From the NCBI GenBank assembly GCA_000388065.2, contig KB932201.1: a stretch of 64,000 nucleotides of DNA; one strand, 5' to 3'. Each line of letters begins with the position of its first letter. Position 1 is the first letter of the stretch. A program made the translations under genes and the position numbers. The notes under the pieces are model-generated. The model was given only the letters and a program-made list of their open reading frames with translations. It did no database searches and was not told where the DNA came from. This document shows, piece after piece, positions 45,536 to 58,024 of this stretch. Source of the stretch: Fonticula alba ATCC 38817 (Eukaryota; Protista; Nucleariida).

Positions 45536-47390
45536 ATGATTCGCGCCTTCGCCCAGATTCGCAGCCTCCGCCCTATGGTGGCCGGCCGCGCCCTCTATTC
45601 CAGCGCCGCCGCCCCGGCCACCAGCCAGTACCCCGGTGCCATTGGCTCCCCCTACACCAAGGACCTGGCCTTCGTCGATGGCAACGCCCCCCTGCCCACC
45701 TACCGCGTGATGGACCGCGCTGGTAAGATCCTTGATGAGGCCCAGATCCCGGCCGAGCTGGCCGGCGAGAACCTCGTTTCCGTCTACAAGCAGATGGTCC
45801 AGCTGAACATGATGGACAAGATCCTCTACGACGCCCAGCGCCAGGGCCGTATCTCCTTCTACATGACCAACTACGGTGAGGAGGCCTCGCACTTCGGCTC
45901 GGCCGCCGCCCTGACCCTCGATGACCACATCTTCTCGCAGTACCGCGAGGCTGGTGTGCTCATGCACCGTGGCTTCACCCTGGACGACTTCATGAACCAG
46001 TGCTACTCCAATGCCCTGGACCCGGGCAAGGGTCGCCAGATGCCGGTTCACTATGGCTCTCGCGCTCTCAACTTCCAGACCATCTCCTCGCCCCTGGCCA
46101 CCCAGCTGCCCCAGGCTGCTGGTGCTGCCTACGCCCTGAAGCGTGCCGGCAAGGAGTCCGTCGTCATGTGCTACTTCGGTGAGGGTGCCGCCTCCGAGGG
46201 TGATTTCCATGCCGCTCTCAACGTCGCTTCCACCACCAACTGCCCGGTCATTTTCTTCTGGTACGCATGCCCCTGCGCCGGTCCTCGCAACCCACCATGC
46301 CAACGCACATGCTGACACTGACACGCCGGGCACACGCACACTATCGCCGAATGTGACGGGAAAACAGCCGCAACAACGGCTTCGCCATTTCCACCCCCTC
46401 CTCCGAGCAGTACAAGGGTGACGGTATCGGTGCGTAGCCCAAGAAGGATACATACCTCTGGGTCTGGTCCATTGCGTGTGTCTGTCCCCCGCGGGTCCCC
46501 GCCATCGTGCCACTGACCAATGTCCCTCCGGCCGCCGCCTCTCCCCGCGCCCCTATGCACCTGGCGTGGCCTCTTTTCTCGGGCCCCCCACCACATCCTC
46601 ACAACCATGCAGGTGGCCGTGGCCCTGCTTATGGCATCCACACCATCCGTGTCGATGGTAATGACATCTTCGCCGTCTTCAACGCCACCAAGGAGGCCCG
46701 TCGCCTGGCCCTCGAGAAGAACCGCCCGGTCGTCATCGAGGCCATGACCTACCGCGCTGGCCACCATTCTACTTCCGATGACTCCTCGGCCTACCGCCCC
46801 CGTGAGGAGGTCGCCGACTGGCAGACCAAGGACAACCCCATCACCCGTGTCCGTGGCTACCTTGAGTCCATGAACCTGTGGAACGACGAGCTCGAGGTCG
46901 AGCACCAGAAGGAGACCCGTGCCAAGATTGTGGACTCCTTCGCTCGCGGTGCGTGCCTCTGCCTCCCATGCATCCTCCCTCCTGCCCCACCTGTACCGCC
47001 CTTGCCTTCGCTGTCCCCCTTTCCGCCGCGCGGCGCCCGCCGCACAGGGCCCCGGGCCGGGAAACCGGCCCATACACACACACACACACACACACACAAG
47101 TATATGACATCCAGGACTGCCACTGACCAAAAACGGGGCCATGGTGGAAACACAACGCGCATTCCCTTGCACACGTTTGTGCTGTCATGCACACAGCCGA
47201 GAAGCAGCCCAAGCCCCCCATCGCCGAGCTGTTCACCGACGTCTACGACGAGCCGACCCCCCTGCTCAAGGCCCAGCAGAAGGAGATGCTGGAGATGCTG
47301 GCCAAGTACCCGAACGCCTATCCCGTCGGCAACTACGCCACTGAGCTCCCTGACAACCGCCACAACGCCGTCGACAAGAAGTTCATCTAA
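45536..47390 (+). CDS. BCKDHA: Branched-chain 2-oxo acid dehydrogenase E1 alpha, mitochondrial; exons 45536-46260, 46368-46429, 46613-46948, 47197-47390; about 438 aa
   Basis: Presequence-like [13 protein letters not shown], then [55 protein letters not shown], the TPP motif [13 protein letters not shown]...IFFC|[16 protein letters not shown] and [16 protein letters not shown]. Exons join in frame. Confidence 0.97.
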
Positions 47391-48142
47391 GCGTCCGTGC
47401 TGCATGCCCGCCAAAAGATATGCGTGTGCGTGTGCGTGGTGGGTGGTGTGGAGAAAGGTGTCGATGCGCGCGTGCGCGCGCCTGTGCATGTGCCGCCCTT
47501 GTCTGTGTCCCTGTCTCTTTCCCCCTCTGCGCCGCCTTCCTTCATGTCACTGCTGCTATGCTGTCGTCGCCGGCGTACTGCCATGCCATACGCACATGCA
47601 TGCGTACAAACCTGCCTGTGTCACTACACTTCAAAATCAAGCAAAGCCCCTGGTGTTTTTGTTGTCTGCTTTTTTGGGATTGTCCTCCCCCTCGCGAGAC
47701 CACACCCTTGCCAGCTGCTGCGGCGGGGGGGGGGGGTCTTTTCCCGGACATCTGGCGTCCTCTCTTCGGAGACCACTTTTCCCGAGGACAAGCACGCCAG
47801 CCGTGAAGGAGCTTGCCCACCGGAGTGGCGGTGCTGCCGGTGGTCAAACCCAACAACAGGGGGCGCCGGGGAGGGGGGAAAACACGGGGTGTCGAAACGC
47901 GAAGTGTATTGCCATTCGATGGAGTCGAGAGGAGCAGGAGAGGGGGTATGGTACAGTTGGCAAGGGCAGGGGGGGAGGGGGCAGAGGGAGCGAGGCAGGC
48001 GAAGAAGGCGGAGCCAGGAGCGCGTGCGCGCTTGTCTGAGAACGAGTCGTCCTTCCTCTCGCGGGCTGTCCCTCCTTTCCTGGGTATTCCTCAGGAAGGG
48101 AGGAAAGAAAAACTGGGGGGGAAAAGGGAGAGGCAGAGAGAC

Positions 48143-48179
<37 letters not shown>

Positions 48180-48545
48180 ATGTGGCACAAAGGCACTGGA
48201 TGCGCCTGGGCGGGGGCTTCACCATGTCGTTCGGGCGAAGAGGAGAGAGTTGGGGGGGGGGAGACTGGTGCGAACAGAAGACTGAAAAGGAAGAGACCAG
48301 GACCAGTCTACACATCGAATGTGAGGCAAGAGGAAGAGGAGAGGGAGGAGGAAAACGGGGGGGCGGGGGAGGGGGGAGGAGGAGGAGGGGAGGAGAGAAG
48401 ACACAAGGAAGTGTGTCCCATCGCCCTGTCCGGCTCTCCGCGACCTGACTCTCGCCCCCACCCCGGCCCTTTTTTTTTTCGTGTTTCCTGAAAGAGAGAA
48501 AGGCGAATGGCGGCTGATCGGTGAAACTGTGGCCGGAGGCATATT

Positions 48546-51500
48546 TCAGAGAGCAAAGTCCGGAGCACCGCGCGAGGTGACCCGGGCGTTGGGCACCGAC
48601 GAGCCCAGCAGAGCCTCGGTGTCGACATCCACCGCAGTCGGGGACTCCGGCGCATCGGCCGCCGGGCGAGCCTTCAGCTTGGAAGAGTTGGCCAGCGAGG
48701 CCGACAAAATGTGCGGCGCGATGAAGGACCCCTCATCAGAGTCGGAAGAGATGTCACCGTTGCGCCACCGGTCGCCGTCCTTGACCACGGGGACCGGGCC
48801 CCGTGGAGGAATCACCATCGGCAGGGAACTGGCATAGATGCTGTTGCTGGAGGCGGCGGCAGCCGCGGCCGCAGACGAATTGGACCCCATGCTGATGGGC
48901 ACGGCCGCCGGGCCGGTATGCTGGCCCCCGGCGCCGATCTCCGGCTGTGCAATCGAGTCACCCTCGAGGTCGCTGTCGAGGTCGGAATCCGGCAGGTCCG
49001 AGACGTCCGAGTCATCGGGCCGAGCGGCCGCCGCATCATAGACAGCCCCGCCGCGGAAGCCGGATTCGCCGGAAATGGCGGCCAAGCGCGACCCGCCGAT
49101 GGCCCCGCCACCGCCGAGGGCCGCAGTCTCCGGCAGGCTCGGCAGGAGCATCAGCGAGTCGAAGGACAGGTCGGCCTCGGAGAGGTCATCCCCAGGGAGC
49201 GGGATGTCCACATTGTAGAGCGGGACATTGGTGGCCACGGGGGTGGGAGATGCCAGGGTGGCGGAGCCGCGGCCGGTGGCGGCGCTGGCGGTGGAATTGG
49301 GCGTGGTGGTGGTACTGTTGCTGCGGCTGCGCTGGCGATCGGCCTGGGCAATTTGCTCGACCGCCGCAGCCAGCAGCTGCTGCGCATTGCTGGCCGTCAC
49401 AGCGGCCGACATGGACTGGGCGTAGGAGGAATAGCGCGAATCGGTGACCATGGCCGAGGGAGTGGACGACGGGGTGGCCGGCGTGCCGAAGGGGGTCGAC
49501 GCCGGGGTCGGGGGAAGGCTTTGGCTGCCGGGGCTGGTGGAACCACTGGCCAGATCGCTGGAGGTGGGCGACGCCCCGAGGGCCGGGCCGCCGGTGGCAA
49601 AGGCCGGAGAGTACGGGGGTGAGGAGGACCCGGGGGCCGTGATGACCACATTCCGCGGGGGGGAATTCAGCGGGTGGACAGAGGGCACAATGGTCGAGGC
49701 ACCGGCACCGGCACCGGCACCGGCACCGGCACCAATGCCAGCACCAGCACCCTGGATGGGGATGGCCAGGGACCCGGCGGCCATGGGGGTGGCACTTAGC
49801 GAGGCAACGGCCAGGGACTCGGCCAGGAAGGAAGACGCCCCGGCCGGCGAGACGCCCAGCTCGAAGGCCGGCGACGGGCCATTCATGCGCATGGGAATGG
49901 CCCCAGGCGGGGGGGCCTTATTGAGGTGGAAGGGCGATCCCGGCCCGGCCAGCGGCGACCGGCCGACCTCCGAGAAGGAGGATGCCGCCGAGGGGGGAGG
50001 GCTGCCGGCACCGAGGACCGGCAGTCCGGCACCCGATCCACGCCGCAAGGGGCGCCCATGGGCCGAGAAGTCCGAAATCGACAGGGCAGTCGGAGACCCA
50101 GCAGTACCGGCAGCCGGCGTGGCGGCCGTGACAACAGCCCCAGGAGGAGACCCGGGGGAGGCGACGAAAAAGCCGCGCGTGGCCACCGGCATCGGGGCCG
50201 CCGTGGCCGAGGGCGCGGGGGCCGCCATGTCCAGCGGTGTGCCGGTGGACGGCGACCGGACGAATCCCGGCGCGGAGGAGGGCGTGGCCCCGGACACGAA
50301 GTTCATGCGACCCGCGGCAGCCGAGGTCGAGAGTGATCCGCTGAGGAAGGAAGACTCGGCGAGGCTGGAAGCCGGAGTGGCAGGCAGCGTGCGCGACCCG
50401 TCGGCCAGCGAGGAAGACAGTTGCGAGTAGCTGTCCGGGCCGAAGGACAAGCGCGAGGCCGAGGGAGTGGTGCCGGAGACAAAGTTCACCGGCGACCGGG
50501 GGACCTCGGACCCGGCGCGACCGGCCCCGGTGGCCCCGATCACAGGAACGCCCATTTGCCCGAGCGGGGAGGGATCGGCGAAGCTGGAGGCCGGGGTGGC
50601 CGGGAGCAAAACATCACCGATCTCCTCGGCCGTTCCGCGGGGAAGGTCGAACTCCATGGTGGCGGCCTCGTTGGCCGGGGTGGCTGCCTTCAGGGCCATT
50701 GACAGGGAGGAGGAGAGACCAAGTTGGGGGGAGCCTGGGCCACCGGCACGGGGGGAAGAAATGGCCGGCGCCGGGGCCGGGTCGACGTCACCCTCCTGAG
50801 GGCTGCCGGTTTGCATGGGGTCGAAGGACCGAGCGGCGGCCAAGATTCCCGGGGCCATGCCGGCCGGAGCGGACTCCTCCCCGGTCGAGGTGTCCAGCTC
50901 GGGGGTCGAGGCCAGGGCCGGGGCCGGACACGCGCGGATGGCGAAGTCCCCAAGACGCTGGAGAGCATCGCCGGCCGGAGCGACATCGGTGGCGGCCTCG
51001 CCGGCGGGGAAGAGGGCCGCCAGCAGGGCGGGCAGTCGGGGCCCCGCGCAGAGGGCCTGCACGAAATCCGGGGCCAGGTCCGCGTCCGGGGCCGGGAGGT
51101 CCAGAGGACCGCCAGGACCAATGGCATCACCGGTCGGGAGGCTATCCCGAGCCACCGGGTCCAGGCATCCGAGCGCCAGGGCCGAGTGCCAGATGGTCAG
51201 CCGATCCTCGAGGGCCTGCTGAATGGCCAGGCGGAGGTGGCTCCGCAGGCTGGCCAGGAGCTGGCTCCGCAGGTCGGCCAGGTCCGACACGGCCACCGAC
51301 GGCGGCGGGGGGCAGCAGCCACACTCGGCGGCCGGGGTGTCGCTGGGCTGTTCGGGGGCGAGTGCCCCGGAGCAGACCGGGCGCGGGCTGCGCAGGTGGT
51401 TCAGCAGAAGGCCGAAGGCGGCCGAGTACTCGGGACGATGGATGGCGCTCGAGAGAATGGCGCCAGTCTGGGTCAAGGGAGGAGGGGCGATTGTCGGCGG

Positions 51501-52043
51501 GTTAGCCGAGAGGGAAAGGGACAAGGGGAGGAGGGGGGGGGGAGGGCAGGGCATGCCGGCTCCGGTGGGCGGGGAAAGAAGCTGATGAGCATACCAGGAG
51601 GGCGTTACTGAGGTGGGCAGGGCCGGAATAGGCCGCCGCATCCTGGGTGATCTGCTGGGCGGCGGTGGTCTGTGCGTCGGCGGGGGGGAGGCCCGTGCGG
51701 GGGATGAAGAACGCATAGATGGAGCAGCCGAAACAGAAGATGCCAATATCATCACCAAAGGCCCTGGTGGCCACCAGGTGGGGATAAAGCTGACGGAGTG
51801 TGGCGCGGTGGGAAGGCGAGCAGCGACAAATGCCGGAGTTAGGCCCGAGCGGGTGGAGGAACTGTCGTCCGGGAGGCAGGGCGGCGAGGGGGGCGAGTGG
51901 CGTACAAATTTCGAGGCGTCAAGGAAAGACGGGACAGTGTGCGCCAAATGGGCAGTGGTGTCGCCTTCGGCCCCGGTCGGCCGGGCCTGAATGCGTATGT
52001 TCAGGCAAAGACAGGAGAGGAGACTGCCGGTGATGGAAGACAT
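48546..52043 (-). CDS. PRAS40 (AKT1S1)/Lobe-like protein; exons 52043-51906, 51789-51595, 51467-48546; about 1084 aa, mostly low complexity
   Basis: N-terminal CLCLNIRI, LVATRAFG..IFCFGCSIY, EYSAAFGLLL and a helical LRSQLLASLRSHL segment, resembling the invertebrate PRAS40 N-terminal region as I recall it. C-terminal YASSLPMVIP (cf. human YAKSLPVSVP). RxRxxS motif in RQRSRSNS. Splice phases are consistent. Confidence 0.6.
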   Translation of the reverse strand: MSSITGSLLSCLCLNIRIQARPTGAEGDTTAHLAHTVPSFLDASKFVRHSPPSPPCLPDDSSSTRSGLTPAFVAARLPTAPHSVSFIPTWWPPGPLVMILASSVSAAPSMRSSSPARASPPPTHRPPPPSRSPRMRRPIPALPTSVTPSWYAHQLLSPPTGAGMPCPPPPLLPLSLSLSANPPTIAPPPLTQTGAILSSAIHRPEYSAAFGLLLNHLRSPRPVCSGALAPEQPSDTPAAECGCCPPPPSVAVSDLADLRSQLLASLRSHLRLAIQQALEDRLTIWHSALALGCLDPVARDSLPTGDAIGPGGPLDLPAPDADLAPDFVQALCAGPRLPALLAALFPAGEAATDVAPAGDALQRLGDFAIRACPAPALASTPELDTSTGEESAPAGMAPGILAAARSFDPMQTGSPQEGDVDPAPAPAISSPRAGGPGSPQLGLSSSLSMALKAATPANEAATMEFDLPRGTAEEIGDVLLPATPASSFADPSPLGQMGVPVIGATGAGRAGSEVPRSPVNFVSGTTPSASRLSFGPDSYSQLSSSLADGSRTLPATPASSLAESSFLSGSLSTSAAAGRMNFVSGATPSSAPGFVRSPSTGTPLDMAAPAPSATAAPMPVATRGFFVASPGSPPGAVVTAATPAAGTAGSPTALSISDFSAHGRPLRRGSGAGLPVLGAGSPPPSAASSFSEVGRSPLAGPGSPFHLNKAPPPGAIPMRMNGPSPAFELGVSPAGASSFLAESLAVASLSATPMAAGSLAIPIQGAGAGIGAGAGAGAGAGASTIVPSVHPLNSPPRNVVITAPGSSSPPYSPAFATGGPALGASPTSSDLASGSTSPGSQSLPPTPASTPFGTPATPSSTPSAMVTDSRYSSYAQSMSAAVTASNAQQLLAAAVEQIAQADRQRSRSNSTTTTPNSTASAATGRGSATLASPTPVATNVPLYNVDIPLPGDDLSEADLSFDSLMLLPSLPETAALGGGGAIGGSRLAAISGESGFRGGAVYDAAAARPDDSDVSDLPDSDLDSDLEGDSIAQPEIGAGGQHTGPAAVPISMGSNSSAAAAAAASSNSIYASSLPMVIPPRGPVPVVKDGDRWRNGDISSDSDEGSFIAPHILSASLANSSKLKARPAADAPESPTAVDVDTEALLGSSVPNARVTSRGAPDFAL

Positions 52044-53032
52044 GGCGTCGTCCTTTCTCGACCGAGGGGAGGCGGGGAGGGAAGGGGAAGGGCGAGTGGA
52101 TGGGGGGGAGGAGAGAGAGAGAGAGAAAAAGAGGGAGGGAGTCCTTCCGTGTGCGAGCTCGCAGCGCGGCGGGAGCGGCTGAGGGGCGGCGGAGGAAGGG
52201 AGAGCTGGCGAGAAGAGAGGGGGAGAGAGAGAGAGAGAGGAGGGGAGAGGGAGAAAGCAAAGAGAGCCGGGGGGGGGGGGGGTGAAGAGGGCGCAGGGCA
52301 GGGGGCGAAGGCGCCGAGAGTCGGGGGGGGGGGGGATAAACGAGTGCGGCGCGTGGATCGAGCCGCTCGGGCGGCGGCGCCGGATAAAGCGCTTTTTCGA
52401 GGCAGATAGAGTGCGCGGCGGGCGGCGGCGAGCCAACACCAGCCAGCTCGGGGGCGGTGGAAACCGACCGACTGAGACTAACCAGCGAATGGGGAACGAC
52501 CGTGGGGCGTGGTTGGGCAGCGCGCGGGGACGAGGGGACCGTCGCAGGGGTGTCGCGGGACGTTCCCGAAGTCGAATCAGTCCGCCCCACACCCCCTGCG
52601 GCCCTTGGGCCCCGCCCCCCCCNNNNNNNNNNNNNNNNNNNNNNNNNNNNNNNNNNNNNNNNNNNNNNNNNNNNNNNNNNNNNNNNNNNNNNNNNNNNNN
52701 CCGCCACAGCTGTTCCCTGGGTACGCCACAAAGAGAGAGAACGGGAGAGTCAAATCCCTGGCTCATCCGCCTGATCGGCATGGGGTACATATGTTTGGGG
52801 AAGACACGGGGGGGGGGGGGGGCGGACATCCTCGGTCTCCCCCTCAGAACGCGCCTGGCCGCCCCCTTCTTGGGTCCCTGGGGGGGGGGGGAGCCGGCGG
52901 TCGGTGTCCGGCCCCAGTCTTGTGCGGGGCGCCGAGCCACTGGCCTCCGAGGCGTTTGTTTATTTTTGCCCCGCCCTTCAACACCTCGCCGAAGAGACGC
53001 ACACACACGCAGAGGAAGAGACAAAGAGAGAT

Positions 53033-53067
<35 letters not shown>

Positions 53068-56000
53068 GACACGGGCAGCAAGGCAGACAACGCGCTGGTC
53101 CGAGAGACGGTGGAGGTGGGAGATTATTTTATCGGCTATAAACTGCAGACGATACCCAACAGTGCGGGGGCAGGAGGGGGGCAGAGAAAGCTCACGGGGG
53201 CCCGCCCCCCCCCCCCGGCCGGAGAAGCCGAGAGCACGCCGGGGCCTGGGGAATCTTCCTCAGCCTTTACACCCCCCACCCCCCCCCTCGGCGAGGTCCT
53301 TCACCTGAAATGGGCAGAGAAATAGGGACGACGAATATTCCGAGCCAAGAGCACCCACCTGCCGGAGCGCTCAGACACACGCACGGAGACGGGCGCCCGC
53401 CCCTCCGCGGTGCGATGGCTCGTGTCAACAAGTACGAGAACAAGCGCGGGCGTGTGGCTTTGTCCCCCCTGGTCGAGCTATCCCCCTTGGTGTCCTCGCG
53501 CGTGTCGAAGAACTCCAGGGCCCTCGGCGCGCCGATGCGATCGGCTACACCTGGGGAGACACACAGGCAAGCACAAACCACGAATGGCAGCTTGACTCTG
53601 ACCACTGAAAGGGGGGGGGGGGGGTCCAAAAGAAGTCTCGAGGTCGAGCCCCCCCCCCCCCCTCACTAAACAGCATGGCCACAGCCGCACCCCGGCAAAG
53701 GGCAGCCCCCCTCCCGAGGGGCGGGGCCAGGGGCGCGGGGTGGGAGGGAATGAGAGAGCGCCCGTTGCCGAGTATCCTGGCGCCGTGGCACATCCTCCGG
53801 CAAACGTGAGCATGACACTTACAAACGGGCAAGCCGCCGTGCCGTCTCAGACTCCGAACGCTTCCAGAGAGAATAACAACGCTGGCATGACCTCCGGCGC
53901 GCGCCCCCCACCCCCCCCTGATCGCGGGCACAGCCGCGCCCCCACCCCCGGGGGCGGCTGGATGCGCCGGGGACGCCCAGAAGACTGGGTGGTCGGCGCC
54001 CCCCCCCCCCTATCCAACAACAACAGAGCCCCATGCCCACCGCCCGCGGGGCGGGGCGCCGGTTCGAGAGGATGCCTCGGGCTCGAAATAGTGGCCGAAA
54101 TAGTGGCCGCGTTCCAGGCAAGCCCGTCCTGCCGGCAGGAGGCACAAACGGAGGGAGGACGCAGCCTCAATGACACAGAGGACTAGAGAGAGGCCGAGAG
54201 GACGAACCGCGCTGAGGGGCAACATGGCCCCGGCAAAGAAGCAGGGCGGCTGGGGCGCGAGGGGGAAAGGACGAGGCCCAGCTCTAGGGGGACCCCTCCC
54301 GGCCCCTTGTGAGGTGCGGCCATTGGCAGGGATCGGGGCTGGCAGAATGAATGCGCCCTGTGCATTCCACACCCGCACGGGGCTCGGTCGGATGGGGCGC
54401 CGTGGTGAGGCCGGGTCGGAGGGATCGGCGAGGAAGGGTCCCCAGGGGGGCACGAAACAGGCGCACTCGCCGCGGTATCGCTGAGGGTGCCCTGGGGGGG
54501 GGGGGGGGGCCCTCCCGCTTCGTGCATCCGGGCCACGGGGGGGGGGGGGGTTCCACAGGTCCATGACATTGCCACCAGGAACAAAGGCCGGCATTCGGGC
54601 TTGTGCGCACGGGCAAGCGAATAATTGGGCGCCGAAAGACGCCGCAGGCGTTCTTCCCCTCCACACGGACAGACCGGGGCCCCGGCGGAAGTGCGCCGCC
54701 AGGCTGGCCAACTGGGCGGCCCAAGAATCAACGCGACCCAGCGCGCATGCGGCGGGGCCGACTCACTCTCGGGTGTCGGCCGGGCCGGGGGAATCACTCA
54801 CCAATCGGTTTGAGGCGTGTAGCAACAGCGAACACCGGCTCTCGTTTGGGGGGGCGGGGGAGGGGGGAATATAAAGGCACCATTTTCGATGGGTCTCTAC
54901 CACTCTACACGGCACCTGGGGTCTTTCTCCCCGTCCGATCACGACGAACTCTGCCTCCGCCGGCATCACTGTCAAGGCAAGAGAGAGGGTGGATGACGGA
55001 CCGGGAGGAGGCATGCGTGAGCACATGTTCGGTCTTCGGGGCCTCCTCCCCTGCCCCGCCGCCGAAGGGACGACGGGCGAGGCGGCGGCGGGTTTCGTCG
55101 ACGGGAGAGCCCAGGGAGAGGACCGGCGACATGGACAATCACGAGCCCCAGCCCATGCACATGGCACACACACTCACACGTGGGGTGATCAGCCGAACAT
55201 GACATTTCTCAGGCACAACCCCGAGGAACGCGCGTCAGAATGCGCGCGCTCGCCGGCGTCTCCACGCATCAGGGCTGCTGCGCCCCGCCCCCCAGGGGGT
55301 AAACTCTACCTCCCTCGGGGCAAGCACATTCGAGTTACCCAATCCCTCGGACACTCGCCCCACGGATGCTATTCTCAGAGGTGTTTGGACTAGCCGCCGC
55401 TCTTCTCCCTCCCTCCCCCCCCACCCCCCCCCCCCCCCCCTGGGGAGCAGCTCATGCGCGTGCGGGGGTGCTTGGTCCCGGCGCCCGGGTTCTGGGAGTG
55501 ATGTTGGACTTTGTTGCCTTGTCGCGGCCCCCACCCACGGTCCAGTCTTGTTAACCGTCACCCCGCCGAGCACCCCCCCCCCCCGCCCGGACTTATGTGT
55601 CTCTCCCTGGCTCTGTCCGGCCCCTGGTCCCCGCAGCTCTCCATGAAAGTCGACTGGGCCCGGCCGATCGAGCGCAGCATGCCCGTCGATCGGGGAACAA
55701 CCCAAACCGGCAAGCGAGGGACTGCCCCGAGGTCGAGCCGATGGCTGCCAGGTCTCCGAGGTCCGGACCAGCCGGAAGGCTGCCGAGGGCCGGGCACCTG
55801 TGGCGCGAACATCCAGACTCGAGCCAGACGGGCGGAGCTTCTCCGCGCGGTGCTTACCCGAGCATGGGGGGTCAACCGAGGTCCATCCCCGGCGGCCCAG
55901 CCCAGCCCAGCCCAGCGGCTGACAGTGCGCCTCCATAGAGGCTAGTCCTCCCCCTTGCTGGACTTCGGGTCTCCGTCTCCGGCGGAGGGGGGCGGGCGGG

Positions 56001-57511
56001 GGGGACTCCCTTCCGGACGCTTCTCCGGACCTTTGTCCGGAAGCGGGGCATTCCGCTGCCGCCGCGCAAGGGTCTCCCGACTGGCGTGACATGTTGCGGA
56101 GGGCCGCGGGGGTCGAGCCGGCAGGAGGACTTGGCGGAACATGTGTCCCCTTGCCCCGCGCGTCGCTCTCGCTCTCTCTCTCTCTCCCTCCAGCAGAAAA
56201 CCCGGGGCGCAGTAAGGAAAGCCTTCCTTCCCTGCCGGGGCATTTTTCGCGCCTGCCCTGATGGGATCGCACTGGTTGGAAGATGCGCCCTTCCTGAGAG
56301 GGCAGCTTACTCGATGGAGGAGGGGGCCCGGCTGATGATGATGATGATGATGACAATGATGGTCACCCGTCCTCTGTCTTCTCCGTCGTGGCTTGCCCCC
56401 AACAAGTCTGCCTGCTTTTTCAGCTGCCAGAGCCGCCCCCGGCAAACCCCCGGGGGAAGGGCGGCGAAGGGGCCACTCGAGCAACAGCAGTAATCTCACC
56501 TTCAGAGGGAGGGCCGGGATGCGCGCCGAGGGTGGGCTGGCACCTGTCCCCTCCCTCTCTCCCCTGCATGCTGTTGCTGGCGGCGTTTGATCATTTTCCC
56601 GTGCCCGGGAGCGGCATTTTTCCCCTGACATGAGGACTTTTCTCCGCCCCCTCCGCGAATTGCCCGGCCGAACTTTGGGAAGGCTCGCGGGCGGAGGGCA
56701 GCGACGCTCTGGGCCACCGCCCCTCTTGCCCGACGGTAACTGGGATACCGAGCGCGAAAAAAGGGGCTTCTGGCCCCAGTGAAGGACAGGGGCTCCGCCG
56801 AGAGTCCGACCCCCCCCCCCGGGGGGGAGCGGCGGCGGGGAGAGAGGATGGAGGGAATGTCCGCGTTATCGGCCAAGGCCTGCCCCGGCTTTCGCCCGTT
56901 CTCGGGCTCACTCTCGGAGTCTCGATGATCTCATTTGGCAGGGGGCGCCCGGGGCCGGGGATGGGACAGGGCGCTCGCGCGCGCGCGCGCCCGCACGCAC
57001 TGGGGGGGGGGGATGTGGAGCGCCTCCCTCCGGGTTGTCCGGTGTCCCTGACAGAGACAAACGTTCGGGTGGCCGTGGCGGGCGTGCTTCTTTGCTGTTT
57101 CGTGCGCCCCTGCTCGGGACGACCTCACCGTTTCCGCGCCCCCCCCCCCCCCCCCCCCCTTGCCCTGTTCCGCCCCGTTGCTCATATTCGACCATTAATG
57201 TGGTGCTGCCCTGAGGCTCACCTTGCCCGAAGGTGCCCCAGAGATTCCTCCCCCCCTCCCTCCCCCTCCTGTTCAGAGTAAGTTTCTCTCTCTCTCTCTC
57301 TTCCGCCTCTTCCCCCTCCCCCGGTCTTTCTTTCCGTCTCTTTCCCCCTCTCCCCCTCTCTCCCTCTCCTCTGCCTCATCAGCCCCTCCGCTCCCTCCTT
57401 CCTTCGCGCAGGACGCTTTTGTCCCCATTGCCGTCGGCCAAGACTGACCCGCCGCCACCACCGCCACATAGAGCACCCTCCGGCCTCTCCCCTCCCCTCC
57501 TCCCAATCAAC

Positions 57512-58024
57512 ATGTCCCGCACCTCCAAGTACAAGACTGACAATGACCTCAGTGCGTTTCCCTCTCCCCATCCCCCCATCCCCCTCGCCCCCTCTTCCCC
57601 ATTCCCCTCGCGCCCTCTCTCCCCTTATCTAACCCCCTCCCCTTTCCCTGCTCTCCTCCCCCGGACCCCCCCCCCACACCCAGGCAAGCGTCAGACCGAG
57701 TCCAAGAAGATCCTCGAGAAGCACCCGGACCGCGTCCCCGTCATCTGTGAGAAGGCTGACAACTCCTCCATCCCCGAGATTGACAAGAAGAAGTTCCTCG
57801 TTCCCGGCGACCTGACTGTCGGCCAGTTCGTCTATGTCATCCGCAAGCGCATCAACCTCGGCCCCGACCAGACCCTCTACGTCTATGTCAACAAGGGTCT
57901 CCCCCCCACTCACACTCCCATGAAGGTCATCTACGACGACAACCGCGATGAGGATGGCTTCCTCTATGTCACCTACTCCGGGGAGAACCTCTTCGGCAGC
58001 GACGAGAACACCGAGTCTCAGTAA
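57512..58024 (+). CDS. ATG8: Autophagy-related protein 8 (GABARAP/Atg8); exons 57512-57551 and 57684-58024; 126 aa
   Basis: KYKTDNDL|[25 protein letters not shown]...[25 protein letters not shown]...[17 protein letters not shown], with an 8-aa tail after the conserved Gly. Confidence 0.97.
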   Translation: MSRTSKYKTDNDLSAFPSPHPPIPLAPSSPFPSRPLSPYLTPSPFPALLPRTPPPHPGKRQTESKKILEKHPDRVPVICEKADNSSIPEIDKKKFLVPGDLTVGQFVYVIRKRINLGPDQTLYVYVNKGLPPTHTPMKVIYDDNRDEDGFLYVTYSGENLFGSDENTESQ

